From: a virus
Taxonomy: Duplodnaviria > Caudoviricetes
IMG/VR virus record: IMGVR_UViG_3300010309_000056
Coordinates: 1-47,569 of that record
Reading direction: 5' to 3' (one strand)
Length of the DNA stretch: 47,569 bases
This document shows, piece by piece, positions 19,703 through 27,740 of the stretch. The notes below the pieces were generated by a model. The model saw only the letters and a program-made list of their open reading frames with translations. It did not search any database and was not told the DNA's origin. The position numbers were made by a program, and so were the translations under genes. The first letter of the stretch is position 1, and the number at the start of each line of letters is the position of its first letter.

Positions 19703-19969
19703 TCAATCTTCATTTACGAGATCCGACCAACTCTTTAGTTTTATTCGTTTCTCTGCTGAATACAAATCTAGGTCGGTATAAGACACGAGGTCGTATTCTT
19801 GGCAAAGGTCGATCATACACTGAAGGTCACCGAGTTCTTTGGCGAACCGCTCAAGAGTGTCATGGTCTTGACCAAATCGTTTTAGTTTAGATGCCATCTG
19901 AATAACTTCAGCACACTCTTCCTGAAGAATCGTTAAGAGTTCAGTACAACTATCATTGTGTCTCAACAT
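19703..19969 (-). CDS. MazG-like all-alpha NTP pyrophosphohydrolase
   Basis: ILQEECAEVIQMASK..RFG..KELGDL (EExxE..ExxD). Confidence 0.65.
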   Translation of the reverse strand: MLRHNDSCTELLTILQEECAEVIQMASKLKRFGQDHDTLERFAKELGDLQCMIDLCQEYDLVSYTDLDLYSAEKRIKLKSWSDLVNED

Positions 19970-19970
19970 C

Positions 19971-20222
19971 TTAGAGTCCCATCAATGTGTTGTCGCGGAA
20001 ATACAAACCGGTAGGTGGAGTTAACTTACCAAGCATTGCCCAGTCTTCTGCCTTTAACGCGGGGACATATTGTCCGTATTGGTCAGCAAACTCTTTACCC
20101 ATCTCGTTGTATTCGTTAAGGTACTGAAGAGCTTCTGCGGCAGCAACTTTGGCATCCTTATTCTCAAAAGTCTTTTCATCATAACGGTTAGTCAGTTTTG
20201 GTTTAGCAACAAATTTAAACAT
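19971..20222 (-). CDS. Hypothetical early protein
   Basis: ATG after the GAGAGAG SD of a promoter cassette. Confidence 0.65.
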   Translation of the reverse strand: MFKFVAKPKLTNRYDEKTFENKDAKVAAAEALQYLNEYNEMGKEFADQYGQYVPALKAEDWAMLGKLTPPTGLYFRDNTLMGL

Positions 20223-20229
20223 AATATAT

Positions 20230-20286
20230 TCTCTCTCAATCAATTAGGTGGCTATTATACTTCTTTCAGAAACAAATGTCAAGGGC
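20230..20286 (-). promoter_or_regulatory. Early promoter/leader cassette
   Basis: TTGACA(20282-20277)-17-TATAAT(20259-20254)-AGCCACCTAATTGATTGAGAGAG. Confidence 0.9.
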
Positions 20287-20451
20287 TTATTTAGCTTTAG
20301 ATTCTTTTAACTTCCTAAATTGCCATCTTAGAAACCATTTCATTCGCCGGAAGTACTCTTTCGAATCGTAGTCAGGGTATTTTCCGTCATACCCTTCACA
20401 CTCTTCACAATGAAGTGTCCACTGTTTAAAACAAAATTCTCTGAAAGTCAT
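20287..20451 (-). CDS. Hypothetical protein
   Basis: MTFREFCFKQWTLHCEEC; coupled to the upstream stop. Confidence 0.55.
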   Translation of the reverse strand: MTFREFCFKQWTLHCEECEGYDGKYPDYDSKEYFRRMKWFLRWQFRKLKESKAK

Positions 20452-21008
20452 TAGTAGTACCAGCTGTTGTAGTGTTCTGCTTCCGCAGTAGTAGGACGGG
20501 CGCAAGAGTAAGAAGAAGTCTTGAAACCACCGTAGTTGTCCAGACGTTTCTTCATCTCTTCGCCAATGAAAGAGTTGGGAACCGCACGAACATTCTGACA
20601 GTCATAACCTTCTGAACCTTTGACAGTCTGAGACGCAATCTCACGAACGATCACAGTCCGAGCAGTAGGTTTCGCAACAACTTGGTAGAGATCGACTTGA
20701 GTCTGTTCGTAACCCCAAGAGTCAACGAACAGGTCACCGACCTTAACGCCGGCGGCAAGTTCTGCTGCCTTGACTTTCTGCGCTTCTTTACGTTTTGCGC
20801 GATACTCGGTAACAGCGAGACGATTATCAATGAACTCTTGTTGCGCTTCATACATGCGTTCAACACTACGGTAACGAACGTGGTACTCAGTCTTGTAACC
20901 AAGACGGGCACGAGGAGCAAGACGGTCGCACTTGGCGATCATACGTTCTTCATCAATAGTAAGAATAAGGTCGTGTTTCGCGAACAACTCAATCATTTCA
21001 TTTTTCAT
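20451..21008 (-). CDS. Hypothetical early protein
   Basis: 185 aa; VKVGDLFVDSWGYEQTQVDLYQVV pattern seen in phage proteins. Confidence 0.75.
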   Translation of the reverse strand: MKNEMIELFAKHDLILTIDEERMIAKCDRLAPRARLGYKTEYHVRYRSVERMYEAQQEFIDNRLAVTEYRAKRKEAQKVKAAELAAGVKVGDLFVDSWGYEQTQVDLYQVVAKPTARTVIVREIASQTVKGSEGYDCQNVRAVPNSFIGEEMKKRLDNYGGFKTSSYSCARPTTAEAEHYNSWYY

Positions 21009-21014
21009 AATACA

Positions 21015-21070
21015 TCTCTCTCAATCAATTAGGTAGCTATTATAACATAACTGGGAACAATGTCAAGGGC
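21015..21070 (-). promoter_or_regulatory. Early promoter/leader cassette
   Basis: TTGACA(21066-21061)-16-TATAAT(21044-21039)-AGCTACCTAATTGATTGAGAGAG. Confidence 0.9.
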
Positions 21071-21085
21071 CCTAGCCAAAATAAT

Positions 21086-21391
21086 TTAAATATTTTTCTC
21101 ACGCAGGTGTCTTATTTTTGCTTCAACGATATCAAGAACACATAACTCAGTTCCCCCGATGTGCCACTTATAGAGTTCTCCGCCTCTACTTTTAACCCCA
21201 CCGTCATAATCTTTCCAGTCATACACAGTGATCGGAGTTTCTTCTCCGTAGAAGTTATATCCAACGAACTCCCATTCGGTACAAATCTTATCTTCTACAT
21301 CAAGCGCATCACGAAGATAGGTAGGTTCTCCAAGAACCTCGACTAACTCGTAGTAAGTGGCGTCAATGTAACCTTTTAAACTAGTCATCAT
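21086..21391 (-). CDS. Conserved phage hypothetical protein
   Basis: TSLKGYIDATYYELVEVLGEP..EW..TVYDWK..WHIGG. Confidence 0.7.
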   Translation of the reverse strand: MMTSLKGYIDATYYELVEVLGEPTYLRDALDVEDKICTEWEFVGYNFYGEETPITVYDWKDYDGGVKSRGGELYKWHIGGTELCVLDIVEAKIRHLREKNI

Positions 21392-21411
21392 AAAACCTCA
21401 AAAATAATAAA

Positions 21412-21521
21412 TGGTGGGAGGAGCAGTGAACCGAAGTTCCTATTCCTGATTCCAGATGTCTCGGAGACAAGCAGTGAACCCCGAAGGTTCTTAATCAGGA
21501 GACCAGACCTCCCCATCAACA
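21412..21521 (-). ncRNA. Candidate structured small RNA (two matching three-way junctions, ACCA 3' end)
   Basis: Non-coding, own promoter; stems GGGAGG/CCTCCC, TCCTGATT/AATCAGGA and TGTCT/AGACA; two GAAC-UUCG-GUUC hairpins each followed by ACUGCU. Confidence 0.7.
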
Positions 21522-21560
21522 GTAGCTATTATACACGATTCAGCTACAAAAACAAGGGCT
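21521..21560 (-). promoter_or_regulatory. Early promoter upstream of the candidate ncRNA
   Basis: GCCC-TTGTTT-16-TATAAT(21533-21528)-AGCTAC; same flanks as the other cassettes. Confidence 0.7.
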
Positions 21561-21594
21561 TTCTTAGAACAATTTGTTATATCAACCTAACTTC

Positions 21595-21984
21595 TTATTT
21601 CTTTTTAGTGGCAGGAGACTTCTTCTTAACGGGGGCCTTTGCGTTAAAGGTCTTTCGTTTGACAGTAGGTTTCTTAACAGTAGGTTTCTTCTCAGGTGTC
21701 TCTACGGGAGCCTTAACAGTTTTCCGCACCTTCCTTTTGGGTTTTGTCACAGTTTTCTTTGGTTGAGGAAACTTTTTAGACAGAAACTCATTGACTGATA
21801 ACCCGCACGTTCTCAACTCCTTTATAAAACGTCTGTGGGAGTCCATGTCCCACCCGTGAGCGGGTTCCAAGAACTCACCGTAATGATCCATCACAATATC
21901 AGATAATCGCTCACACTCCAAGGTATCCTTGTCGTAGAGGTACCTAACCTTACGGTCGTAATTCAACTTAACAATCTTTTCCAT
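21595..21984 (-). CDS. Hypothetical protein with Lys/Pro-rich (histone H1-like composition) tail
   Basis: C-terminus KKPTVKKPTVKRK..KKKSPATKKK. Confidence 0.65.
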   Translation of the reverse strand: MEKIVKLNYDRKVRYLYDKDTLECERLSDIVMDHYGEFLEPAHGWDMDSHRRFIKELRTCGLSVNEFLSKKFPQPKKTVTKPKRKVRKTVKAPVETPEKKPTVKKPTVKRKTFNAKAPVKKKSPATKKK

Positions 21985-22268
21985 TATGCCACCAACTGAA
22001 CCCGACCATCAAACTCGGTTATACTCATCTCAAAGGGAACGATCATTTCAATACCAACTCGGTTAATATCGAACCGGTCAGAACCGCTGCGAGAGTCAGT
22101 CACATATACCTTGTAACCATGACACATAGGAACACCATTGTCGTAGAACATCTCACCCTTCTCAATAACACGACCTACCAGATAACTGTCGGGACGGCCG
22201 TCCATTGGTCGGAAGTCAAGCGCTTTAATCATATCACCAACATTCGCTACATTCTCAAATCTCAACAT
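21984..22268 (-). CDS. Hypothetical protein
   Basis: 94 aa; TAATG coupling. Confidence 0.65.
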   Translation of the reverse strand: MLRFENVANVGDMIKALDFRPMDGRPDSYLVGRVIEKGEMFYDNGVPMCHGYKVYVTDSRSGSDRFDINRVGIEMIVPFEMSITEFDGRVQLVA

Positions 22269-22408
22269 TATATTAAATCTCCTATCTCAGCTAATCGGTT
22301 GGTGATGCGTCGGTACTCACTTTTGTAGTACGTTTCGTTATAACACTCCGCAGCATCAATCAACATTACAAGGTCGTTCATCAAATCACCAATTTCACTA
22401 TCAATCAT
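22268..22408 (-). CDS. Small hypothetical protein
   Basis: MIDSEIGDL..; ATGA overlap with the upstream ORF. Confidence 0.5.
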   Translation of the reverse strand: MIDSEIGDLMNDLVMLIDAAECYNETYYKSEYRRITNRLAEIGDLI

Positions 22409-22587
22409 TTGTAACCTCCCCACCTTACCCACGCATACTGAGGTTTCTGACAAAATTGTCCTATCTCATCAAAACCCAACACAGTGTATCCGTCTAAAGG
22501 ATCGGTACCTGCTTCATACTCAACGAGATCCCAACCCGCTTTAAACAACTTGACTTCTTTGATATCTTCAATAAGGCGAACTTGCAT
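22405..22587 (-). CDS. Hypothetical early protein
   Basis: First ORF after a promoter cassette. Confidence 0.6.
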   Translation of the reverse strand: MQVRLIEDIKEVKLFKAGWDLVEYEAGTDPLDGYTVLGFDEIGQFCQKPQYAWVRWGGYK

Positions 22588-22593
22588 AATATA

Positions 22594-22655
22594 TTCTCTC
22601 TCAACTCAATTTGTACAGCTATTATACTTCTTTTAGAAACAAATGTCAAGGGCCT
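22594..22655 (-). promoter_or_regulatory. Early promoter/leader cassette
   Basis: TTGACA(22649-22644)-17-TATAAT(22626-22621)-AGCTGTACAAATTGAGTTGAGAGAG. Confidence 0.9.
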
Positions 22656-22668
22656 GAAGCTAAATAAA

Positions 22669-23619
22669 TCAACAATTCCAGATATAAATCTTATCCTGTT
22701 TCTTCTTACCTTTCTTCAACGAGTCAACTTTCTGACCCATCTGTTGTTTGAGGTCTTCCTCATCATGACATACCGGTAACCCAAATGATACCGCATCCTC
22801 ATACATTTTAGGTGATATGTTAAAACAGACGTGACCACCCGTCTTTATGTTATCGACGCATTTCTGCCAGAGAGGTATAAAGAATTCGGTGTAGAACTTC
22901 TCATCAGATTCCCAAGGTGTCATATGTTCATATATTTCTAAGTTAACATAAGGAGGGGAAGTAAGTACAAAGTCATAGTCCAGTTTACTGAAATCTACAT
23001 CAAGAGCACTCTCCCAAATCATATCAAGTTTAGATTTGTCTTCGTCAGGGAACAGAGTGTTTTCAAGTCCGGACTCTTCGTTTAAGAATGTCATCATGTC
23101 ATCATAGGCATCAACCATTTCCACGTTAGTATCGATACCCGTGTAATCAATCCCTAAACTCCACGCACCTAACATTCGACCACCCCATCCCGCTGTAGGG
23201 TCTAGTACACTCTTTGCGTTATACTTTCGATAAAGATACTTGGCGGTTGTTGCCTTAAACATGACAATCGAACCCAAGTTGATTCTAAAACATTCGAAGA
23301 CATTACCGGCAGGTGTCCTACCTCCACGGTTTCGTTTCTTGGTAGAGTCAATCAGTTTGTCCCATTGCTCTTTGTCGCTGTGGATATCATAGATAGTTTT
23401 ACCATCTTGACGTTTACACTTTAATAGGTTTTTTAATTGGAAGTGATATAGGAATGGATTGCCCGAGAAGTTATTAGAATTCGCTACGGCGTCGAATTTG
23501 TTGAGATTAAACAAATCCTTTCTGAGTCCTGCCACATCGATATTCTTATGATTCTCGATATCTTCGACTGTGACAGAATCCAAATGTAGATTGACTGGTT
23601 TTAATTCAACTTTAGACAT
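22669..23619 (-). CDS. Amino-DNA methyltransferase (N4-C or N6-A)
   Basis: Motif I VLDPTAGWGG..YTGIDTN and motif IV FVLTSPPY; start moved to MSKVEL, overlapping the upstream stop. Confidence 0.85.
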   Translation of the reverse strand: MSKVELKPVNLHLDSVTVEDIENHKNIDVAGLRKDLFNLNKFDAVANSNNFSGNPFLYHFQLKNLLKCKRQDGKTIYDIHSDKEQWDKLIDSTKKRNRGGRTPAGNVFECFRINLGSIVMFKATTAKYLYRKYNAKSVLDPTAGWGGRMLGAWSLGIDYTGIDTNVEMVDAYDDMMTFLNEESGLENTLFPDEDKSKLDMIWESALDVDFSKLDYDFVLTSPPYVNLEIYEHMTPWESDEKFYTEFFIPLWQKCVDNIKTGGHVCFNISPKMYEDAVSFGLPVCHDEEDLKQQMGQKVDSLKKGKKKQDKIYIWNC

Positions 23620-24286
23620 TAAATAATCTTGATACCTTTTCTTCGGATAATGTGCGGTTTGCGTGTTTGAAGTAATCTGAGAACTTAGCACCACCAGACT
23701 GAGTCCACATGTTCCGTAGATAAAAGGCAAGACCTCTACCTTGGTAGTCGGCAGCCTTGAGTCTGGCATTAAATTCGGCAACTCGTTTCATACTTTCTTG
23801 TTCGAATTCCTCAATGATTCTTCGCTGCTCTTCGTTTACAATATCTTCGCCCATGTACATCGTAGTCTCATTAGACTTTTCTGAACAGAACAAGTAGACA
23901 TAACCATCTTTAGGCAGCCCACCATTGTACATAGGAGCATTGTTTTTACTACTCTTACATTCTAATAGAACTACGGTATTGTCTACTTTAAATACGAAGT
24001 CCGGAGAGTTGTGTGTACCGGTGGGTTGGGTGAAGTATACATTGTCAGGAACACTATCATGGTGCTCACCTCGCAACAGAGCATCTCGGAAGTCAACGAC
24101 ACTAGTAAATCCTAGACTAGACGCTAGTTCTTTGAAGTCACTCTGAACTAATGAATTGCTCACTAGCACATCTTCTACGGCATCTTCGTGACTCGCTACA
24201 TTGTGTACAGTACCGCTCACCGCCTGATAGTTTCTGAAGTAAGGTAATGCGATTAATTGATCGTGTATTGCTTTTGATAGATTCAT
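23612..24286 (-). CDS. PD-(D/E)xK nuclease, putative type II restriction endonuclease
   Basis: QPTGTHNSPDF..LLECKSSK..PMYNGGLP; coupled to the methyltransferase. Confidence 0.7.
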   Translation of the reverse strand: MNLSKAIHDQLIALPYFRNYQAVSGTVHNVASHEDAVEDVLVSNSLVQSDFKELASSLGFTSVVDFRDALLRGEHHDSVPDNVYFTQPTGTHNSPDFVFKVDNTVVLLECKSSKNNAPMYNGGLPKDGYVYLFCSEKSNETTMYMGEDIVNEEQRRIIEEFEQESMKRVAEFNARLKAADYQGRGLAFYLRNMWTQSGGAKFSDYFKHANRTLSEEKVSRLFNV

Positions 24287-24291
24287 AGTAT

Positions 24292-24345
24292 ACTCTCTCA
24301 CTCAATTAAGTAGCCATTATAACACATGTTTCGATTACTTGTCAA
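24292..24345 (-). promoter_or_regulatory. Early promoter/leader cassette
   Basis: TTGACA(24345-24340)-18-TATAAT(24321-24316)..TTAATTGAGTGAGAGAG. Confidence 0.85.
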
Positions 24346-24353
24346 TACATTTA

Positions 24354-24803
24354 TCACTTACACGCTAAATAAATTTCTCTCTCAGTACCATACGCCTCGT
24401 GCTCCCAAGGATGGTCTCTATAGGCAACTCCAACATACTCAACACCATCAAAGGTCTGCTTCGTAGTCAGACAAGTCTCGCCATCATCGTTTGTTCTCAA
24501 AACGAATCCATTATTGATCAGTCGACCAGATGCCATCTGTTTTGCGTGAACCATTTCGTGGGCAATATTTACCATCAGATCTTCCATAGGGATTCTACCT
24601 TCAGAATCACTGCGAGCAAGTTCAATAAAAACCTCTTCATCATCACCGTTACAGTAACCACCGGCATCACCATCACAACGGGGTTTGAAGTCTAAGTCAA
24701 ACAAACATTCTTCAAACTCATCCAGACCTAAGTGACTGTACACTCGACCTACGTAGTCTACCAGCTTCTGACTGGTAGTACCCTGAACAATCATGTTATA
24801 CAT
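24354..24803 (-). CDS. HExxH zincin-like metallopeptidase
   Basis: IAHEMVHAKQ..PWEHEAY. Confidence 0.7.
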   Translation of the reverse strand: MYNMIVQGTTSQKLVDYVGRVYSHLGLDEFEECLFDLDFKPRCDGDAGGYCNGDDEEVFIELARSDSEGRIPMEDLMVNIAHEMVHAKQMASGRLINNGFVLRTNDDGETCLTTKQTFDGVEYVGVAYRDHPWEHEAYGTEREIYLACK

Positions 24804-25060
24804 TATAATGTAATCTCAATTCGTTCTGTAGGAGGATTCAACTCTCTGAACCCTTTAGACTCAAGAATCTCACGAACACGTTCACGGTCAAGAGTGTCAC
24901 CGCCACCCCAATGATCAGCAATGTCCATACACTTGACAGCGTACTCAAGGATAGCTTCTTGGATATCAGGGATACCACACCCAAGGTCGTATATGCCATC
25001 TTTGCCATAGAACAAGTGGACATAGTCACGGAAGTCATTTAACGCAGCAGGAAAATTCAT
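24803..25060 (-). CDS. Hypothetical early protein
   Basis: FYGKDGIYD..GGGDTLDRERVR; follows a cassette. Confidence 0.65.
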   Translation of the reverse strand: MNFPAALNDFRDYVHLFYGKDGIYDLGCGIPDIQEAILEYAVKCMDIADHWGGGDTLDRERVREILESKGFRELNPPTERIEITL

Positions 25061-25065
25061 AATCA

Positions 25066-25119
25066 TCTCTCTCTCAATCAATTAGGTAGCTATTATAACA
25101 TAACTGGACACAGAGTCAA
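25066..25119 (-). promoter_or_regulatory. Early promoter/leader cassette
   Basis: TTGACT-16-TATAAT(25097-25092)-AGCTACCTAATTGATTGAGAGAG. Confidence 0.85.
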
Positions 25120-25123
25120 TAGC

Positions 25124-25378
25124 CTACTTAGAACTATTAAGCATATCGATATGCGCTTTTATTTCTTTTCGGTTTAACTTGCGAAACTTGCGTCGTGATA
25201 CACCCCAAGATTTCAGGGGAGCGGTGAATACCTGAAGGATTCCGGTATTGCGAGGAACGTAACCTATGAGGTCAGTGCCTTTGGTTACATAAGTGTGGTT
25301 AGGTACATAATCATAAGTACCCCAGTCAGTAATTTCTTCGCGCCACATAAAGTGACAGGCATCTTCATACGTCATCAA
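25124..25378 (-). CDS. Hypothetical protein
   Basis: EITDW..PNHTY..RRKF pattern. Confidence 0.6.
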   Translation of the reverse strand: MMTYEDACHFMWREEITDWGTYDYVPNHTYVTKGTDLIGYVPRNTGILQVFTAPLKSWGVSRRKFRKLNRKEIKAHIDMLNSSK

Positions 25379-25495
25379 CTAATCTCCAACATTCATAATA
25401 TCTTCTAATACTAGATAGGACACCATAATAGTCATCCTGATTATCTGTGCTAAACGCTAACCACATCACCAATATGACACGGGCGAAAAACATTC

Positions 25496-26035
25496 TCATG
25501 ACATCCACTCAGGGGTCACCGCATTTTTCCAAGTAGCAAAGGCACTCTTCTCTTCACGATAGTAGTTACGATACCCGTCAACTACATCATCGCGTTTACA
25601 ATGGTCAGGCATACACTGCGGCATCACTGATTCATGTGCGGTCTGTTTGATATTCTTAGGTGCGAGCCACAACATGGAACCTAAATCTGTATAGGTCTTA
25701 TGAACACGTCCATAACGACGTTCGTATTCTTTGGCAGTTGCCTGAAAGTGTTTGTACAACCAACGATAGTTCTTGTCATTCTCACGACACCAGATGTTTG
25801 ATGGGTGATTCACGTGAGATGCTTTATATAAAAGTCTCTCTATCGCGTCACCCGCAAGTCGCCAACGTTTGATGTTACGACCATTCTTAGTCTTATCGGT
25901 GTACTGTTCGCCATCAAGTATACGGTGCGCAGTAGAGAGTAACTGACCATACTCAGTGACCATCTTGACTACGTGCTTGTCGCACATCAACTGCGCGGCC
26001 TGTACTGGATCGTTATCTAACTTAAAAATGTTCAA
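25496..26035 (-). CDS. Pyrimidine-dimer DNA glycosylase/endonuclease V-family protein
   Basis: MNIFKLDNDP..AA..CDKHVVKM..QLLSTAH..H.NHPS..W..NY.WL..EY..RYG.VH..YRNYY. Confidence 0.75.
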   Translation of the reverse strand: MNIFKLDNDPVQAAQLMCDKHVVKMVTEYGQLLSTAHRILDGEQYTDKTKNGRNIKRWRLAGDAIERLLYKASHVNHPSNIWCRENDKNYRWLYKHFQATAKEYERRYGRVHKTYTDLGSMLWLAPKNIKQTAHESVMPQCMPDHCKRDDVVDGYRNYYREEKSAFATWKNAVTPEWMS

Positions 26036-26145
26036 TCGTCATCTCCCATATTTTTAATTTCTAACCAGATGGCCATGAGTATAGAGATACCTACTAAGCC
26101 AAGAACCTCACTAAGCGTGAACGATAAAAGAGTATCAATAAGCAT
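26032..26145 (-). CDS. Small membrane protein (37 aa; not in ORF track)
   Basis: MLIDTLLSFTLSEVLGLVGISILMAIWLEIK; fills the gap with overlaps. Confidence 0.45.
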   Translation of the reverse strand: MLIDTLLSFTLSEVLGLVGISILMAIWLEIKNMGDDD

Positions 26146-26341
26146 ATTTTTCTCCGTAGATTTCACCGAACACTACATCAACTTCTTGGGCAGTCAGAGT
26201 ATCGTCAACAACAATACAATCGACATCACCGTTAAGCAATAGAAACTCCATCTTGTTAACAAACACATCCTTCGTGGGGTTGTAGTAGTAGGTCATGGTG
26301 TTCTCAGTCTTATTCTTATAAACGGTCATAGGGAGATCCAT
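26135..26341 (-). CDS. Hypothetical protein
   Basis: 68 aa, coupled. Confidence 0.6.
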   Translation of the reverse strand: MDLPMTVYKNKTENTMTYYYNPTKDVFVNKMEFLLLNGDVDCIVVDDTLTAQEVDVVFGEIYGEKYAY

Positions 26342-26559
26342 TACACAGTTACCTCAGTATTGAAGATTTCACGCTCTTGGTACATACCAGTCACCTCGGT
26401 ACTTTCTTTACGGACAACAACATAGGTATTTTCATACCCATAACTTTCGAGTTGCTGTTGGTAAACGAACGCGGTTTGGCGATCATAACATGGGGTGAAG
26501 AAACCAGCAAGTGGTTTGTCGGTCTCGGCACATCGAACAACATAGGTAATCTCTGACAT
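26341..26559 (-). CDS. Hypothetical early protein
   Basis: Start moved to MSEIT, after the cassette SD. Confidence 0.6.
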   Translation of the reverse strand: MSEITYVVRCAETDKPLAGFFTPCYDRQTAFVYQQQLESYGYENTYVVVRKESTEVTGMYQEREIFNTEVTV

Positions 26560-26563
26560 AATC

Positions 26564-26625
26564 TTCTCTCTCTTCTCAATTTGTACAGCCATTATACTTC
26601 TTTTAGAAACAAAAGTCAAGGGCCT
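26564..26625 (-). promoter_or_regulatory. Early promoter/leader cassette
   Basis: TTGACT-17-TATAAT(26596-26591)-GGCTGTACAAATTGAGAAGAGAGAG. Confidence 0.9.
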
Positions 26626-26827
26626 ACGCTAAATTAATTTTAATAACATTTAGATTGGACATGGCATCACTATCGAGAAAGTGTCTGTCCATAGGTTCAG
26701 GGCCGGTGGCAATACTGTAGTAGTCAATACCATCACCTGTAAGGTCTTCATGAACAAACGCTATCTGACCTGAAAGGACACCACGAGGAGTGTCCCATTG
26801 AATTGTGTCACCAACTGAACCGTACAT
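26624..26827 (-). CDS. Small SH3/Tudor-like hypothetical protein
   Basis: VGDTIQWDTPRG..SGQIAFVHEDL; paralog of the C-domain of 27232..27612. Confidence 0.6.
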   Translation of the reverse strand: MYGSVGDTIQWDTPRGVLSGQIAFVHEDLTGDGIDYYSIATGPEPMDRHFLDSDAMSNLNVIKINLA

Positions 26828-27132
26828 TATGCTCTCCTCTTACGTGGTTTAAAACCTAGATATTCCATCGCTGCCAGCGGAGAGGATTCTTCACTCAACT
26901 CGATATAATCTTCAACTGAAGTAGTCTTACAAAGGAAGTTAACCCACGACTTCCAAGGTTTAGAACCGTACTTGAATCGCGCAATGAAAGTTGGTTGTGG
27001 CTTACCGTGCCAAGATGGGTGGCAGTCAGGTCTTGCTACTTCCATGTTGACAGACTTAGTGTGACGACCCTGATACATTAGGTACATACCGTCCCAAGTG
27101 AATTCTTCTTTGTTGAATCTAGTCATAATCAT
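26827..27132 (-). CDS. Hypothetical early protein
   Basis: F.KEEFTWDGMYLMY..FIARFKY..FL.K. Confidence 0.7.
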   Translation of the reverse strand: MIMTRFNKEEFTWDGMYLMYQGRHTKSVNMEVARPDCHPSWHGKPQPTFIARFKYGSKPWKSWVNFLCKTTSVEDYIELSEESSPLAAMEYLGFKPRKRRA

Positions 27133-27231
27133 TTACTCTCTTATCTCAATTTGTACAACCATTATACAATACTTCTTTTGAAAACACCAGTGGTAAACGT
27201 GACCAACCGAGAAGTGTTGGTCATCAGATAT

Positions 27232-27612
27232 TTACGCTACCATTTCCGCGAAACAAATTCCCGTAGATAGGTTCTCTACCTCCAGATGTTCCATCGCGTT
27301 ACTGTTTAGTGACACAGTAGTTTTCTCAGTTCGGACAATATAGAAGTCAGCGTTAACTTTTTCAGAAGCAGTCGGAAGGTCACGGTGAATAAATGATACA
27401 GTACCCTCTTGGGTCTGCAATCCAGTTCTCCAACGAATAGTTTGACCGACTCTAGCAAACTTCGAATGATAGACAATGGTGTCCATCTTAGCATGAGCGA
27501 CACATAACGAATTCGGATTCGGGAAAGTATCTTGCGCTTCATACGCTTGCAACTTAGTTGCGTAAGGGCCCGCCTTGCGGAGATTGGTACTGATCGTCAT
27601 AACATAAAACAT
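27232..27612 (-). CDS. Hypothetical early protein
   Basis: Start moved to MFYVM (GAGG SD; promoter upstream). Confidence 0.65.
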   Translation of the reverse strand: MFYVMTISTNLRKAGPYATKLQAYEAQDTFPNPNSLCVAHAKMDTIVYHSKFARVGQTIRWRTGLQTQEGTVSFIHRDLPTASEKVNADFYIVRTEKTTVSLNSNAMEHLEVENLSTGICFAEMVA

Positions 27613-27639
27613 AATATCACCTCTATCTAATAAGTCCCT

Positions 27640-27668
27640 ATTATACTCGCGTTTAAAGCAATAGTCAA
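27640..27668 (-). promoter_or_regulatory. Sigma70-type early promoter
   Basis: TTGACT-17-TATAAT. Confidence 0.8.
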
Positions 27669-27740
27669 TACTATTCGCCATTTATTTCATGAATAGTCCC
27701 TATCCATTCAATTGATATTCGTAGACCAGACCTTTCAAAT

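Noticed and set aside
21422-21490. GTTCACTGC twice, equal to the first 9 nt of the type I-F CRISPR repeat (possible RNA anti-CRISPR or mini-array)
   Set aside because: The CTGCC/GGCAG hairpin and 3' handle of the I-F repeat are absent; GTTC is explained as the 3' strand of UUCG hairpins
21412-21513. tRNA or tmRNA call for the CCA-ending element
   Set aside because: No paired T-arm with TTCRA loop, no D-arm or anticodon arm geometry, no tag ORF
23620-23781. N-terminal extension of the methyltransferase overlapping the nuclease
   Set aside because: ATG at 23619 overlapping the nuclease stop is the more typical coupled start
26560-26619. Shared N-terminal peptides (TFVSKRSI.AVQIE here and in 47095..47439; MIERE in 19971..20243 and 24803..25081)
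   Set aside because: They are translations of the repeated promoter/leader DNA, not protein motifs; true starts lie after the GAGAGAG SD
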